From Octopus bimaculoides (lineage: Eukaryota), in the NCBI RefSeq assembly GCF_001194135.2, contig NC_068986.1, forward strand, positions 45,718,409 through 45,782,408: 64,000 nucleotides of DNA, read 5' to 3'. The notes under the pieces were generated by a model. That model was given only the letters and a program-made list of their open reading frames with translations. It ran no database searches and was not told the origin of the DNA. Positions 1 to 13,275 of the stretch are shown here, piece by piece (the stretch's first letter is position 1; each line of letters opens with the position of its first letter). The position numbers were made by a program, and so were the translations under genes.

Positions 1-96
1 GTCGATAGCCAGCTGAAGGAGATGTCCTCCTGGGGCTAAAAGCAACAGTAACATCCTCCCTCGGGGTCAGCCACATTTAAGTGGCAAATATACTTC

Positions 97-130
<34 letters not shown>

Positions 131-131
<1 letters not shown>

Positions 132-508
132 CCCTATTTTGCAGAAAAAAGTGTATGGCCGCCTACACTTTTTTTCTGCAAAATAGAGGTAGTTTATCCT
201 GTTCAGGCTATATTATTAGCATTATCCTGCGTTTGAGAATTTAAAATCACTTTTTTGAAACTTTCTAAGACATCCCAATGCTTCTAAAAGCAAACTTCGT
301 TTGTTTGTTTACGTTTATCGTAATTTGAATTTAACATACGCTAGCGTCACATAAAGCGAGATTTCTATACATCTTAAATTTGCAGAAGAATTTTTCGTGA
401 GTAGTTTACCTTAATCAGCTAGAGCACCGCGACGCGTAATTACGGAGGTGTGAGTTCGTGTCTCATAGCTGGCCGCCTACACATTTTTCTGCAAAGTAGG
501 GGTAGTTT
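131..508. repeat. Small foldback/SINE-like repeat: 25-bp hairpin (131-155 / 164-189) with its right arm repeated at 471-508 behind a tRNA-like segment
   Basis: cccctattttgcagaaaaaagtgta-tggccgcc-tacactttttttctgcaaaatagagg; ggccgcctacac..ctgcaaa.tag.ggtagttt occurs twice. Confidence 0.55.
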
Positions 509-1075
509 GAGAACTTTTTTTTTATGTAATATTGTATTATTTGTTAACAAAATAAATATAAGATAAAACATTGTCAACTTTTATTATATTCATTATATAT
601 ATTCTTTCCGGTTTAAATTAATATTACTAAGAAATATTACCTGTCTCTAGTACATTGGAAAAAAACGTTCCGATACGCCTTATGGTATTATCTTGATTAT
701 TTACGCACGCTATACCACTTGATATTATTGTATTTTTATAATTTACTATTCACTTCGATCACCTTTTTAAATTTGCCGCGGCATTAAAAACGGTAAGCGC
801 GCACATTGTGGAGATGGGCAGTTACTATGACCCTTAGGTCAGTAAGACTAGCTGAGGATAACTGGGTGACATTTTAACAAAGTTTGAAATTGTGTCGATA
901 TGGGTATGACTGGTTTTTCAATTTACGATTCTCTTCGTTATTGTTACGGGGGCTTAGAATTTCTGCTCATTCCCGATTTCAATTAATGTGTCTCAGTGAA
1001 AAATTGTGGTTGTAGTCGTTTTCTGACTGCTATTTTTAGCGTACTGGTGCCACTTGTAGCACCTTTTATTATAAA

Positions 1076-1138
1076 TTAATAATAATAATGATGATAATAA
1101 TAATAATAATAATAATATATATATGTATATATAATTTA

Positions 1139-1185
<47 letters not shown>

Positions 1186-1215
1186 AACTTATGTATGTAT
1201 GTATGTATGTATGTA
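1076..1215. repeat. Compound microsatellite (AAT)n-(TATC)n-(TATG)n
   Basis: Direct inspection. Confidence 0.95.
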
Positions 1216-1249
1216 CGTTTGTATGTATAGAGTGTTTGGCCGTTTGCTT

Positions 1250-1780
1250 CTCTCGATATTGACAAAGTATGGTCATGGTACAGGCTAAAACTACCTGGAA
1301 GGAATTTTTTAGGGTGAAAAATGACAAAACAAGGCCATTCACGTCAGCACTGTCAGATATGCCCATCACTATGATGAAGAAGCCGCCTGAATCCATGCAT
1401 TTGACTCAGGCTCACTCATTACTGAAATGTAGAGTTCTTCTGGCATGTATGACAATGCACATGTCCTCGTCACTAATCCCAGCAAAATCTCAGCGAAATC
1501 CAGTACCTTATACAGAAATTCTCTCGATAAAGACTGGTAAAAATCAAATTAGGTATAACTTGCCCTACCTCTGCCACTATCGGTTTTAAGCCATGTTATG
1601 ATATCGCTAGTGTTGCTCCAAAAGCCTAGACTGGAGGTCCTTCTAATGTCGTGATTTATCTTCCCGATCATCTGCTTGCTCACCAAGCTGATCTCAGACT
1701 GCGCAGGGTTGAGTCGACAGCAATTTGGCGTTAGAAACAAAGTTAAACTTATGAGCTTTGATCAAAATAAAGGCCTGCAT
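1250..1780 (+). mobile_element. Degenerate LINE reverse-transcriptase fragment (RTE-like)
   Basis: Frameshifted remnants AFDS, GMYDNAHV, SIKTGxNQ..LPYL, ICLL, NKVKLM in RT-motif order. Confidence 0.5.
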
Positions 1781-2126
1781 CTTCGTTAGTGTTTTACTCT
1801 TTCTTCTATATCTACTCTAAATGCTATATCTTTGGTCTCAATGTTTAATATTTCCAAAGGCTTGAGAGGCTGACCTTCCGTAAGTCGCTGGGATGTTGTC
1901 ATTAAGGTGGTGTGCATGTGTATGGTTACTTAGGCTACGTAATTTTTTTGTAGCAACAGCAAACAATAGGGTCATATCAGAAGTTTTAAAACGATTATAA
2001 ATATCCATGTGTATATAGATATATGTGTGGGGGACCCGTCTTGGGTGTCTGGATAAGAACATTTCTTTACACTAAGAAGCAATTTGTTTGGTTTCCCCAC
2101 AACTGATGACTTCTCATGAAATCTAA

Positions 2127-2385
2127 GTGGATTTGTTAGAGGAAACTGAAAGAAGCCAGTCGTAGATAAATGTGTGTGTCTGTGTTTGTCCTCCCATCAC
2201 TGCTTGACAACCGGTGTTGGTGTGTTAATGTCCCCGTAACTTAGCGGTTCGGAAAAAGAATCCGATAGAATAAGTACCAGGCTTTAAAAATATGTCCTGG
2301 GGTCGATTTGTTCGGCTAAATCCCTTCAAAGCGATGCTCCATCATGGATGCAGTCAAATGACTGAAACAAGTAACAGAATAACAG
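2127..2385 (+). mobile_element. SINE family A, 3' portion
   Basis: ggaaactgaaagaagcc...cgtaacttagcggttcgg...gtcaaatgactgaaacaagt, shared with five other copies in the window. Confidence 0.85.
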
Positions 2386-2462
2386 TATAAAGAGTCACGT
2401 AATTCAAGTTAGACAATTTTCTTTTTCTTTCCTCACTAGTTCTGCTCCGAGTCCTAAACATA

Positions 2463-2640
2463 ATAATGGTTTCTGATTTAGGCACAATACCTATAGTTTT
2501 TGAAGGGAGGGTGTTTGTCGAATTCATCAACTCTTGTCCTTCATTAGTATTTTAAATTATCGATTCCGAAAGGATGAAAAGCAAAGCTAGTTTCAGTGGT
2601 ATTTGAACGCAATAAACAAAATATTAGCAGCCATAAATAT
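2463..2640 (-). mobile_element. SINE family B, degenerate
   Basis: atcgattccgaaaggatgaaaagcaaag...atttgaac core. Confidence 0.7.
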
Positions 2641-5035
2641 TCTCCAATACGAAACTGCACCATCCAGAGGAAACTAAGGAACCTCACGAATCCGAGTCAC
2701 CAGGTGCACTATGCAAAGTACTTTTCTCTCCTCCGTAAATTTCACCCTACTGACGCATAGTTAGAGTAAACCAATTTACATGGACTCATCACGCTACATT
2801 CACCGGTCTTTAAAGAAACAGCAACTCTGCTTGGCAGAACGCCATGACAGAATATCCACTGACCGCACTGTCGGACTGGCGGAGATCTGTGAGTGCCTGA
2901 CAGCTTTCTAGGAGTCACGCATACTACCCTGGTCTGCGCGTAAACTAGGACTGCAGCTCAGCCAGAGACGAACTGCAGAAAAGTGCATATAACAAACGGT
3001 CACCACATCTGTTCTCTGTCAAGGAAACGCTAGCCACGGTATGCCTAGTCCTCAACTCACTGGGTGTTGACAGCAAATAAACTGTCTGACAAAAGGACAA
3101 CATCCCCTATACAGAAAGCGGAGGAGCAAGCGCTCCAATCTGGTCAGTCAGTAAACGGGACAAGGCATGGCTGTCAATGACGGATACAATGTAAGCACTC
3201 CTCACTTTGATCCAGCCCTTCAGGGATAGTTCGTTTTTGGCCCATTTCCGTGTGAGTCTAACCATATTCCACGTCACCTCTTTCCAGTTCTTGCCCACTT
3301 GGAAGTTTGGACCAAACTAAACCTTACGACGCTGTTGGACAGGTGCCGAGCAGCAGGCCCACTGACGCCTGGTTAATTTTTACTCCTATCAACGCTTCAC
3401 TTCCTCAGAGCAGTGCTGATCACTTCGATGTCTTTCATATCCGACACTATAACGGTCATATAATCTACATATTCAAACACGGACCTTCCACATCCCAGTT
3501 CTCGCGGGATATAGAGTAAGTACGTATAGAAATAGGGAAAGATTACATTTTTGGTAGACCTAGCACAGCATACTAAACGGTTCTGACAAGTGGACGTTTA
3601 TTCTGACCACCAAACAAATATCACTGTACATTGCAGTGATCCAGTTTCTGAAGATGGTCTCAAAACTAACCGCCCTCAGGACAGTCTCCAAGTATTGATG
3701 GTTGTCCTCATAAAATATTTTCGACTGATCTAAACTGATCAGGGCTCCACACATACCAGGTACTATAGCTACCTTTTACATCATGTATCGGGAAAGGTAG
3801 GGGCTATCGTGGATACATCTGTTGGTACGGTGCATATTTGTGCCTCACCTATCAGAGTATCGATGACAAGCTCCGACCACTTTGATAACACTTTAGACAA
3901 AGCCTTCAACTCTACGTTAAATAGACTTACGGGCCTGAAGTTATTAAAGTCACCCTCTTTGTTCAGGTTATTTTTCAGTAGCAACACTATCCCTCTTTTT
4001 GCCGGACTGAGAAATCTCCCGTTCTGCTGCCAGTTGAGGCAGACCTCTCTCACGAGGCCCCCATACAAGTCTGGCATATTATGATAAAGCTCGTAGGGAG
4101 ATCGTCCAGCCGTGGCAACATCTCTATCGTGCAGTCTGTCATCGCTTCCCATTTCATCAGCCATTATCGACTTTTCGCAGAACTCTTCACCACCAGTCGA
4201 GAGCTGTGAGGTAGGCGGTAAAGTTCACCATCTGCCACAAATAGTTGAGGGAAGTGCCACTGAAAAGACACACATATCAGTTCCGAATCAAATATCATGT
4301 GCCTCTCCCGATCCATCAAAGACCAAATTGTTTCTTTGTTTTCCTAGTTGAACATCTACCCACTGGTCTGTCGAACGGCTTTTGTTTCTCCATGCCTTAG
4401 AGTACGTACCCTAGTTTTAACACCGCAATCTTTCTACTTAGTGTTGAAGAGTCGGTTAAGAGCCAATCTTGCCGTCAGTCGTATTGTTTTCTAAATATTT
4501 CTTCCAGGATACTCATTAGCTCACCCTCTACTTTGAGTTTCTCTCTTAGTATTTCCATATCAAAATTTACAGATTTTTTCAGGACTAACTAGCATCAACT
4601 GTTGATGATTGTCCCTAAAAATTTCCTGCTAATGAGTTCTCTAATCCGGCCTCTGTAAACTTGCCGTATCGGGAAAGATGGGCTTGGTTTCCAGTAACCG
4701 GGTCCCTGTCAATACAGCTTATCTAGGTCGGCCTTACAGGTCACAAATTTGCAGTCATTATCATAGCCAACAACTTCGAATTGTGGCACTCTATGTTAAC
4801 TCTATCAACTAGTCGACAGAATACTCTATACAGATACGACCTGGATGACCTGATACTGTTTGCCCATATCTACATAGGTGCATTCGGGAAATCCAATCAG
4901 TTCCTGTAAACCACTTGGAAACGACTGTGCAGGTTTTCAAAGCTGTTAGTCTCACCTCTTAAGTCAGTTAATCCAGACGTTCATCTAAGATGGATTAACA
5001 ATCGTCCACTAGTATGAAATGTTGGGATCAGAGTT
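2640..5035 (-). mobile_element. Tx1/L1-clade LINE ORF2 remnant (APE endonuclease, RT and C-terminal region), pseudogenised
   Basis: ILVDD..SILDE and SYLYRVFCR (APE); RGIVLLLK..NFRPVSLFNVELKALSKVL and GALISLDQSK..FRNWITAMYSD..VRIN..LSEPF (RT); WAKNELSLKG; many stops and frameshifts. Confidence 0.85.
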
Positions 5036-5036
5036 G

Positions 5037-5172
5037 TAGTCGATTACATCGACTTCAGTAATTGGTAGATACTTATTTTATTGGCCCTCACAGGATGAAG
5101 GGCAAAGTCGACCTCGGCAGAATTTGAATTTAAAACGTAAGGACAGACAAAATATTGCTCAGCATTTTGCTT
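5037..5172 (-). mobile_element. SINE family B fragment
   Basis: gtcgattacatcgac...ggatgaagggcaaagtcgacctcggcagaatttgaa. Confidence 0.8.
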
Positions 5173-6239
5173 GAAGAAGAAGGAGGTGCTGAAGGAGAAA
5201 AGGAAGAAGGTGCCGAAGAAGAAGAAGAAGAAGAAAAAGAGAAGACGAAGAAGAAGACGAAGAAGAAGACAAAAATGAAGACGAAGAAGAAGAAAAAGAA
5301 GACGAAAAAGAGGAAGAAGAAAGCCAAAGAAGAAGATGAAGATAATGAAGAAGGAGAAGGGGAAGAAAAAGACGAAGAAGAAAACGAAGAAGTCGAAGAG
5401 GACCAAGGAAGAAGTAGAAGAAGAAATGGAAGAAGTAGACAAAAAAGAAGACGAAGAACGAGAAGACGAAATAGAAGAAGAAACAAAGAAGAGGAAGCCG
5501 AAGAAGACGAGGAAGACGGAGAAGAAGACGAAAAGCAGAAAGATGAAAAAGAAGAACAGGAAAAGTAGCGAAGAGGGAGAAAAAGAAGAAGACGAAGGTG
5601 AAGAAGAAAAAAAGCGAAAACAAAGAAGACGAAGACAGAGGAGAAGAATACGGCAAAGAAGAAGAAGAAAGGGAAGAAGTAGAAAAAGATGAAGAAGAAA
5701 ACGAAGAAGAGGATGAAGACGGAGACGAAGAAGAAGACGAAAGAGATGTAGAAGAAGAAGAGGAGGAAGAAGAAAACAAAGAAGGTAAAGACAAAGAAGA
5801 AGAAGAAGAAGAAGAAGAAGAAGAAGAAGAAGACAATGAAGAAGACGAAGAGAAAGAAAAAGAAGAAGAAGAAGAAAACAAAAAGAAGACGAAGAAGGAG
5901 AAGCTGAGGAAGAAGATGACGAAGAAGAAAACGACGAAGAACGAGACGAAGACAGAAGAAGAAGAAGAAGAAGAAGAAGAAGAAGAAGGAGAAGACAAAG
6001 AAAAAGAAGAAAAGAAGATGACGAAACCGAAGGAGAAGACGAGGACGAAGAAGAAGAAGACGAGGACGAAGAAAAAGAAGACGAAGAAGAAGAAAAGGCT
6101 GAAGAAGAAGACGAAGAGAAAGAAGAAGTAGGAGAATAATAATAATAAGAAGAAGAAGAAGAAGAAGAAGGAGAAAAAAAAAGAAGAAGAAGAAGAAGAA
6201 GAAGAAGAAGAAGAAGAAGAAGAAGAAGAAGAAGAAGAA
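5173..6239 (+). repeat. ~1.07-kb degenerate (GAA)n polypurine tract
   Basis: Overwhelmingly A/G on the + strand with GAC/GGA/GAG variants; ends in pure (GAA)n. Confidence 0.95.
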
Positions 6240-6274
6240 TTTCTTATATTTATGGTAAAAGAAATTATTCATTA

Positions 6275-6280
6275 TTTATT
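6275..6280 (-). terminator. Candidate AATAAA poly(A) signal of the gene (alternatives at 6289-6294, 6495-6500, 6545-6550)
   Basis: tttatt on the + strand about 525 nt past the stop. The region is AT-rich, so the motif could be chance. Confidence 0.35.
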
Positions 6281-6803
6281 GTAGCATGTTTATTCTTTAT
6301 AAGACATTAATACATTTAGAGAAAGTTGTTCTGAATCTTTCAGTCATGAAATCGGAAAGATTCTGTGCGTAGTATAATACAAAAATGTTAATCGAAAATG
6401 TGAATAAATTACATGTTATAGTTGTTGAATAACAAGCATGGTTCTATCCAAATTGGTAAGAGCAATTTTCAAGCAATTTAGTGGTAAATATTAATTTATT
6501 CAACAGGTTGAAACGTTTTAATCAGGACAGTAGGGCTATTCATATTTATTAGTAAATTTATTTTATGTCAAAATGTGTTGAAGAACGTTAAAGATATTTT
6601 TTTTTTAGCAAATATTAATAATATCACAAAGATTAGTTTACTGTCGAAGTTTGTATCAATCGATGAAAACAAGATAAAGTAAAGGCTAATTTCTTATATA
6701 TACTTATGCGAAAGTGATACGTAAATGTAACAATATATGCTGTGTGATGAGTTTAAGTCTGTGCGCTAAATAAAAAATATATATATATAAATCTCATTGA
6801 TGT

Positions 6804-6892
6804 TTAGGAAAGTGAAATATATCTCTCTAGCATCTGAACAGTTAGTAAAGCAAGAATTATTATTGAGAACATTGCATTCCGGCTTGCAGCGC
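6804..6892 (-). CDS. Terminal coding exon: (G)[31 protein letters not shown]-signal-like or short TM tail
   Basis: Acceptor ttttttttttcttttgtag; phase 1 matches B6; small residues G-A-A-S then ~16 hydrophobic residues; TAA at 6806-6804. Confidence 0.86.
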
Positions 6893-9800
6893 CTACAAAA
6901 GAAAAAAAAATACATATGAACATCAACGAATTTTGTTTTTGAGGAAGTATCATATTTAATAAAGCCAGTAAAAAGTTGTTGTTTGTCTATATGTTACGTT
7001 TTTCTTCTATGAACAACAGCAAATTCAGTTAAAAACTAAAAACCAAGAATGTAAAAATATATATTCATTGAACAAGTTTCAGGCTGATGTAGTGCATGAT
7101 ATTTTGGGAATCATGAACAAATAACAACTGTTTTAAAGAAATATAAAGAAGTGAAATAGAGAGAAACAAAAACTACTGAGGCTATGTATAAATTTTATTA
7201 ATTATGACTCTTCACAAGAAGTATAACATTGTTAGAAATAGCAGCCAAATACCCTTCAAGTTTCAACCTACTAAGGTAGTAACTGTTGCAGAGAGTTCAG
7301 AATGGCAAAAAATTCGGCAACTGACAAAACAGCGTCGTTAGGGTAATGATTGGACCTAGAGGGGTTGTGAATATTTAAGTCCCTGCCGAACGTGACTTCA
7401 GAAGTGATAATGTAACATAGATGTTAAAGAAAGAGAAGGGGAGAGAGAAAGAGAGTGAGAGAAAGAATGAGAGAGAGAGAGCTGGAAGGGAGAAGAATAA
7501 TTGATAGTGATTGGAAGAGATCAGGGAGTTGTAGAAATAGTAAATGAGATTAAAGTGATGAGGAAGGGTAACTTTGAGTCAGAGTAAGTGGAATATAATG
7601 CTGCCTGGAAGCTAAAGGTTTTGTGTTGCAGAAAAGCTGTAATGACTTGTGTGTAAGGGAGTGAGTAATAACGTGTAGAATCCAGGTCGATTCGTTTTTA
7701 TAATTCTATTCTAAATTGCATACACTACTATTTAATTCACCTTATTTTCGCGTTAATCACACCGTCAATCACCTTGATTTTGTCTTACGAAAAATAATGA
7801 ATTACTTACCATCACATTCCAGAAGTTCGCTATATTCCTTACTCCCCTCACATTTGGATTTATCAATACAGTCACGTACTTCTTTATAATACCTAGGAAG
7901 AGCGAGAAAAGAAAACATATTGTTGAAGCGATAGAATTTGCATTGAAATACGACACTACTCACAATGTTTTCCTTGTGTTCTTTAATTAATCCTTTGTCT
8001 GTCTTGTGCATCACTTGAGATTCACAGGATGTCTGTCCTTAACCACCATGCACCATATATGTTGCACATTCGCAATATTTACAATCACCAATGTAATTTG
8101 GAACTTAAAGGATAGCTTTGTATTACTCAGGACGTTTGAAGAAAGAGCTAAAGAAAAGTTTGAATACAAGCGTGGACGATTATGACAAACATGAAAATGC
8201 TTTGGACAAGCAAAAGAATAAAATAATCTATATTTTCCGATACGACTTTATTTTATCGACCCTGAGAGGATGAAAGACAGGATTTGAAATCAGAATTATA
8301 GAGCCGAAAGAAATACCAGAAGGTATATGTCCAATACTAACGTTCCTGCTAGTACGCCGCCTCTTTATTTTGTTTTACGCATGAAACCAGCACTTATGAG
8401 GGGATGGGTTTGTTGAAACGATCGGCTCAAGAGCATAATTGTCATTTTATTTTCTTGATCGCAGAGATATGAAAGGCAAAGTTCCCTTTGCGGGATTTGA
8501 AGTGAGAACGCAAAGGTTTGGAACAAATACAGCAAGGCAATTTCTCTGATGCTCAAACGTTTCTACTGCCCTTTGCCAAAATGATGACCTCTTTATTAAC
8601 CACAAAATTGATAAAGATATCAAGGCCAGCACAAGACGATGTGATATGGGATTACATAAAAAAATGTAAACAAGAGAATTATCTAAAAATAAACACAAAG
8701 ATTCAAAGAACAATTTCCCAGCATAGGAGAACCTCTGAGGACTACTCGTGGAAGCCCTACAAAAATCAAGGTCTGTCTCATCACTTGTCTTGGACAAGTG
8801 TCCTCTCACAACTACCATTCCCCAATTTACAGTCGCACGCTTAAAGCACGCCCGTTCCTTTGATGTGGGTAAAAAGCTTTAATGTTATTTGTGCCCTCGC
8901 ACAAGTGACACTTTGTCCTTCTACTCTCAACAACCACGTGAAGGTTTGTGCAATCAGGTAGCGTTATGAAGTTAGAGATGGCCTCGATATTTGGCAGATC
9001 TGCCTGTGTTAACAACTCCACATGTTCTTCAGTATTCTCAATATCTGCAGAATACTGGCTTTCTCTTTTATGTCAAAGAGAACCGCTTCCACCAACCAGC
9101 GGATGTTGATTTCTGGTGGCATATTTAATATTCTTATTTTAAACACACTTCAACCAAAGTAAATGGGGCTGAGGATGAGTTTAACACTCGTTAGGGTGGT
9201 TGTTGAGTGCTTTTTGGCCTTTTCTTCTGAGGTAAACCTCACTTCCATTTTTTACTCTTGGCTATGTAAGTTTTGCACTTCCAAATTGGTGCCAAACATT
9301 TTACTATCTGCTGGTGTGTTTCCTACTCTGTTCTACTTCTTGCTCAAGTTTCGTATAAAGCTGTCCGCAAATTAGCAACTTGCTGGACCGATCTAGGAAC
9401 ATTCAGCGCCGCATTTCACCCACATTTCTCCAACATTCATTTTGCACTTTAAAATTCATTTTCGTCAAAAATGTTGGTGGTGGTGGGTTTGATGTGGCCA
9501 AAAGCGGTGGTTTTTGGAGGTGACAGTGTTCTCGCTAGTGTTATTTTTGATTTTTGTTGTCATTCATCGCTTTTGTTGTTCCTGAGATGGCACATACTGA
9601 AAGTTTTAGCAGCGGAAAGTTACTTTCATGTTACCTTCAATGTTACTTTCATGTTGTTGTTGTTTTTGCTGCTGCTGTTGATGTCACTGACTTTTACAAT
9701 TTGGCTGTTTTGATTTGCGGATAACTGGTTCTTCTTTTCAGCGGCACAACAATCATCATCTGCCATTTTTATTATTAAACAAAAATTGATGTGCTTGTTA

Positions 9801-10365
9801 AAGAAACCTCAATTTAGTCCCTAAAGGCTACAGATTGAGAAAAACTAATTCCTAAGGACCTAGTTAGTTTATCTATATAACGACAACTAATGTTCAATAT
9901 ATAAGTCTGTAACAACGAACTTACGGAATCGATGTGCTATACGTGACAATGGACGAACAACAACATCAACAAGAATAATAATGGTTTCATCGATACTAGT
10001 GTTTAACTGGTACTTATTTATCGACCCCGAAAGGATGAGAGGAAAAGTTAAACTTGGTGGAATTTGAACTCAGAACGTAGCGACGGGCGAAATACTGCTA
10101 AGTATTTCGTCCGGAACGCTAACAAATCTGCCAGCTTTCCGCCTTTACAATAATAATAATCCTTTGTACTGGAAGCACAAGGCCTCAAATTTGGGTGAGG
10201 GAATAAGTCAATTACATCGACTCACAGAACTCGACTGGTACTTAATTTATCAACCCCGAACGGATGAAAGGCATAGTCAACTTCAGCGGGACACAGAACA
10301 TAGCCGCAGATGAAATACCGCTGAGCATTTCGCCCGGCGTGCTAAGATTCTGCCATCTCTCTGCC

Positions 10366-10429
<64 letters not shown>

Positions 10430-10704
10430 CAACAACAACAACAACAATAATAATAATAATAATAATAATAATGGTTTCCAATTTTTCCACAAGAGCAGCC
10501 ATTTTGGGGAAGCAGTGTTTCATTGGTAGGTAATTTATTAGTACGTAATTTATCGACACCGAAAGGATGAAAAGCAAAGTCGACCTCGGCGGAATTTGAA
10601 CTCAGAACATAGAACAGACGAAATATCGCAAAGCATTTCGCCCGGCGTACAAACGATTATGCCAACTCTCCGCCTTGATGATGATGATAATGATGATGAT
10701 GATG

Positions 10705-10747
<43 letters not shown>

Positions 10748-11207
10748 TGATGCTTAAAGGCACATGGCTGAAATTTTGAGGGGAAGGGGATAGTCGATTA
10801 CATCAATGCCAGTGCACAACTGGTACTCATTTTATCGACGCCAAAAGATAAAGTCAAGATCGGTAGAATTTGAACCCAAAACTTAGCGAAGAGAGAAATA
10901 TCGCTAAGCATTTCGCCCGTCGTGCTAACGATCCTGCCGGCTCACTGCCTTGATAATAATAGTAATAATAACAATAATAATAACGGTTTCAAATTTTGCC
11001 ACAAGGGCAGCAATTTTGAGAGAGGGGATGAGTCGATTACATCGACTCCAGTATTTCAATGGTACTTAATTTATCGATCTCGAAAGGCTGAAAGGCAAAG
11101 ACGACCACAGCGAAATTTGAACTCAGGATATAGCGACGGACGAAATGTCGCTATGCATCTCGTCCAGCGTGCTAACGATTCTACGACTTCGCTGCCTTAA
11201 CATCATC

Positions 11208-11274
<67 letters not shown>

Positions 11275-12537
11275 TGATAATAATAATAATAATAACAATA
11301 ACAACAACAATAATAAGCTTCTGATCTTAACTGACTGAAAGTGTTATCATGTACATTGTTTTGTTTTGGTATAAAAGATGGGCTACAGCAAATATTCTAC
11401 TCAATACCACAGATTTGCTTGTCAGTTGTTTGACCATAACCAGTTGAGCATGCCTCTTAGTAGATGACGATATGTGCATCTCTAATCACGAGCAAAAATA
11501 GTGCGGGAGCATCCTAGCCATGTATTGAGAGAAATTCTATGAGGTTTGGATAATTCACCTTTGGAAACATGGGTGTTTCGTTCAACGTTCTTTAACAACC
11601 CTTATTCAGGGACCTGTTGATCGGGATGGGCTACTCAACTTGAAAAGAATTCTAACTGGGCTCCACCTGCAAAGTGATGCACTGTTTATCTTGATATGAG
11701 ATCACCATGTCGCACACATATAGTTGTGATGCATGCATCTAGTGTACCCTTATCAGATGGGTAATCATGATGGGTATAATGGGCTTCGTATATTTTACTC
11801 CAGTGTCACTTTGATGGCATGTACTGCTCTCTCCTTCAATAATAACAATAGTAATAATCCTTTCTACAATAGGCACAAGGTCTGGAATGGGGGAGATTAC
11901 TAGTCGATCGCATCGACCTGAGTGTTTCACTGGTACTTAATTTATCGACCTCGAAGGAATGAAAGACAAAGTCAATTTTGGCGGAATTTGAACTCAGAAC
12001 GTAGCTCCAGACAAAATACCGCTAAGCATTTCGCCCGGTGGGCTAACGATTCTGCCAGCTTACGGCCTTGATGATGATGATAAAGGCCAATAGACCAGAT
12101 ATAGTTGTCAAAGATCATGAAAAAAAAAAATGCTTTCTAATTGATATATAAATACCAGCAGATCACAACGTTTCCCTAAAAGAAATGGAAAAACTTTCAA
12201 AATACAAAGACCTGGAAATAGAGGTAACTTGAATGCGGAATCTAAAAACAGAAACAATTCCTATCATAGTAGGTGCCCTAGGTATAATAAAAAATATTCA
12301 GACAAATACATAACAAAAACACCAGGACTTACAAATATATATAACATACAGAACATTGCACTACTGGGCACTGCACACATCCTGCGCAAAACACTTTCAA
12401 TACAGTAACCATAAGAACATCACAGCAAACCACAGCACATACCCAAGGCACACAAAGCTGCGCTCGGTAGTGAAGTGAAAGCACGTTATAAAAATAAAAC
12501 TACTGAATAATAATAATAATAATGATGATGATAATAA

Positions 12538-12570
<33 letters not shown>

Positions 12571-13242
12571 ANNNNNNNNNNNNNNNNNNNNNNNNNNNNN
12601 NNNNNNNNNNNNNNNNNNNNNNNNNNNNNNNNNNNNNNNNNNNNNNNNNNNNNNNNNNNNNNNNNNNNNNNNNNNNNNNNNNNNNNNNNNNNNNNNNNNN
12701 NNNNNNNNNNNNNNNNNNNNNNNNNNNNNNNNNNNNNNNNNNNNNNNNNNNNNNNNNNNNNNNNNNNNNNNNNNNNNNNNNNNNNNNNNNNNNNNNNNNN
12801 NNNNNNNNNNNNNNNNNNNNNNNNNNNNNNNNNNNNNNNNNNNNNNNNNNNNNNNNNNNNNNNNNNNNNNNNNNNNNNNNNNNNNNNNNNNNNNNNNNNN
12901 NNNNNGTGGAATCTAAAAACAGAAACAATTCCTATCATAGTAGGTGCCTTAGGTATAATAAAAAAATATTCAGACAAATACATAACAAAAATAGCAGGAC
13001 TTACAAATATATATAACATACAGAAAATTGAACTACTGGGTACTGCACACATTCTACGCAAAACACTTTCAATACAGTAAACATAAGAGCACCACAGCAA
13101 ACCACAGCACATACCCAAGGCGCACAGAGCTGCGCTCGGTAGTGAAGTGAAAGCACGTTATAAAAATAAAACTACTGAATAATAATAATAATAATGATGA
13201 TGATAATAATAATAATAATAATAATAATGATGATGATAATAA

Positions 13243-13275
<33 letters not shown>

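Noticed and set aside
5044-6272. Long poly-E/K, poly-F/S/L ORFs
   Set aside because: Products of the GAA tract, which is stop-poor in several frames on both strands; no splice context or domain.
7964-8014. Possible exon with gtgagt donor 71 nt above exon B6
   Set aside because: Only its phase-0 frame is open, and splicing it to B6 gives an immediate stop.
9980-11198. CRISPR-like repeat/spacer array
   Set aside because: Units are ~200-bp SINEs separated by microsatellite, not short repeats with unique spacers; eukaryotic context.
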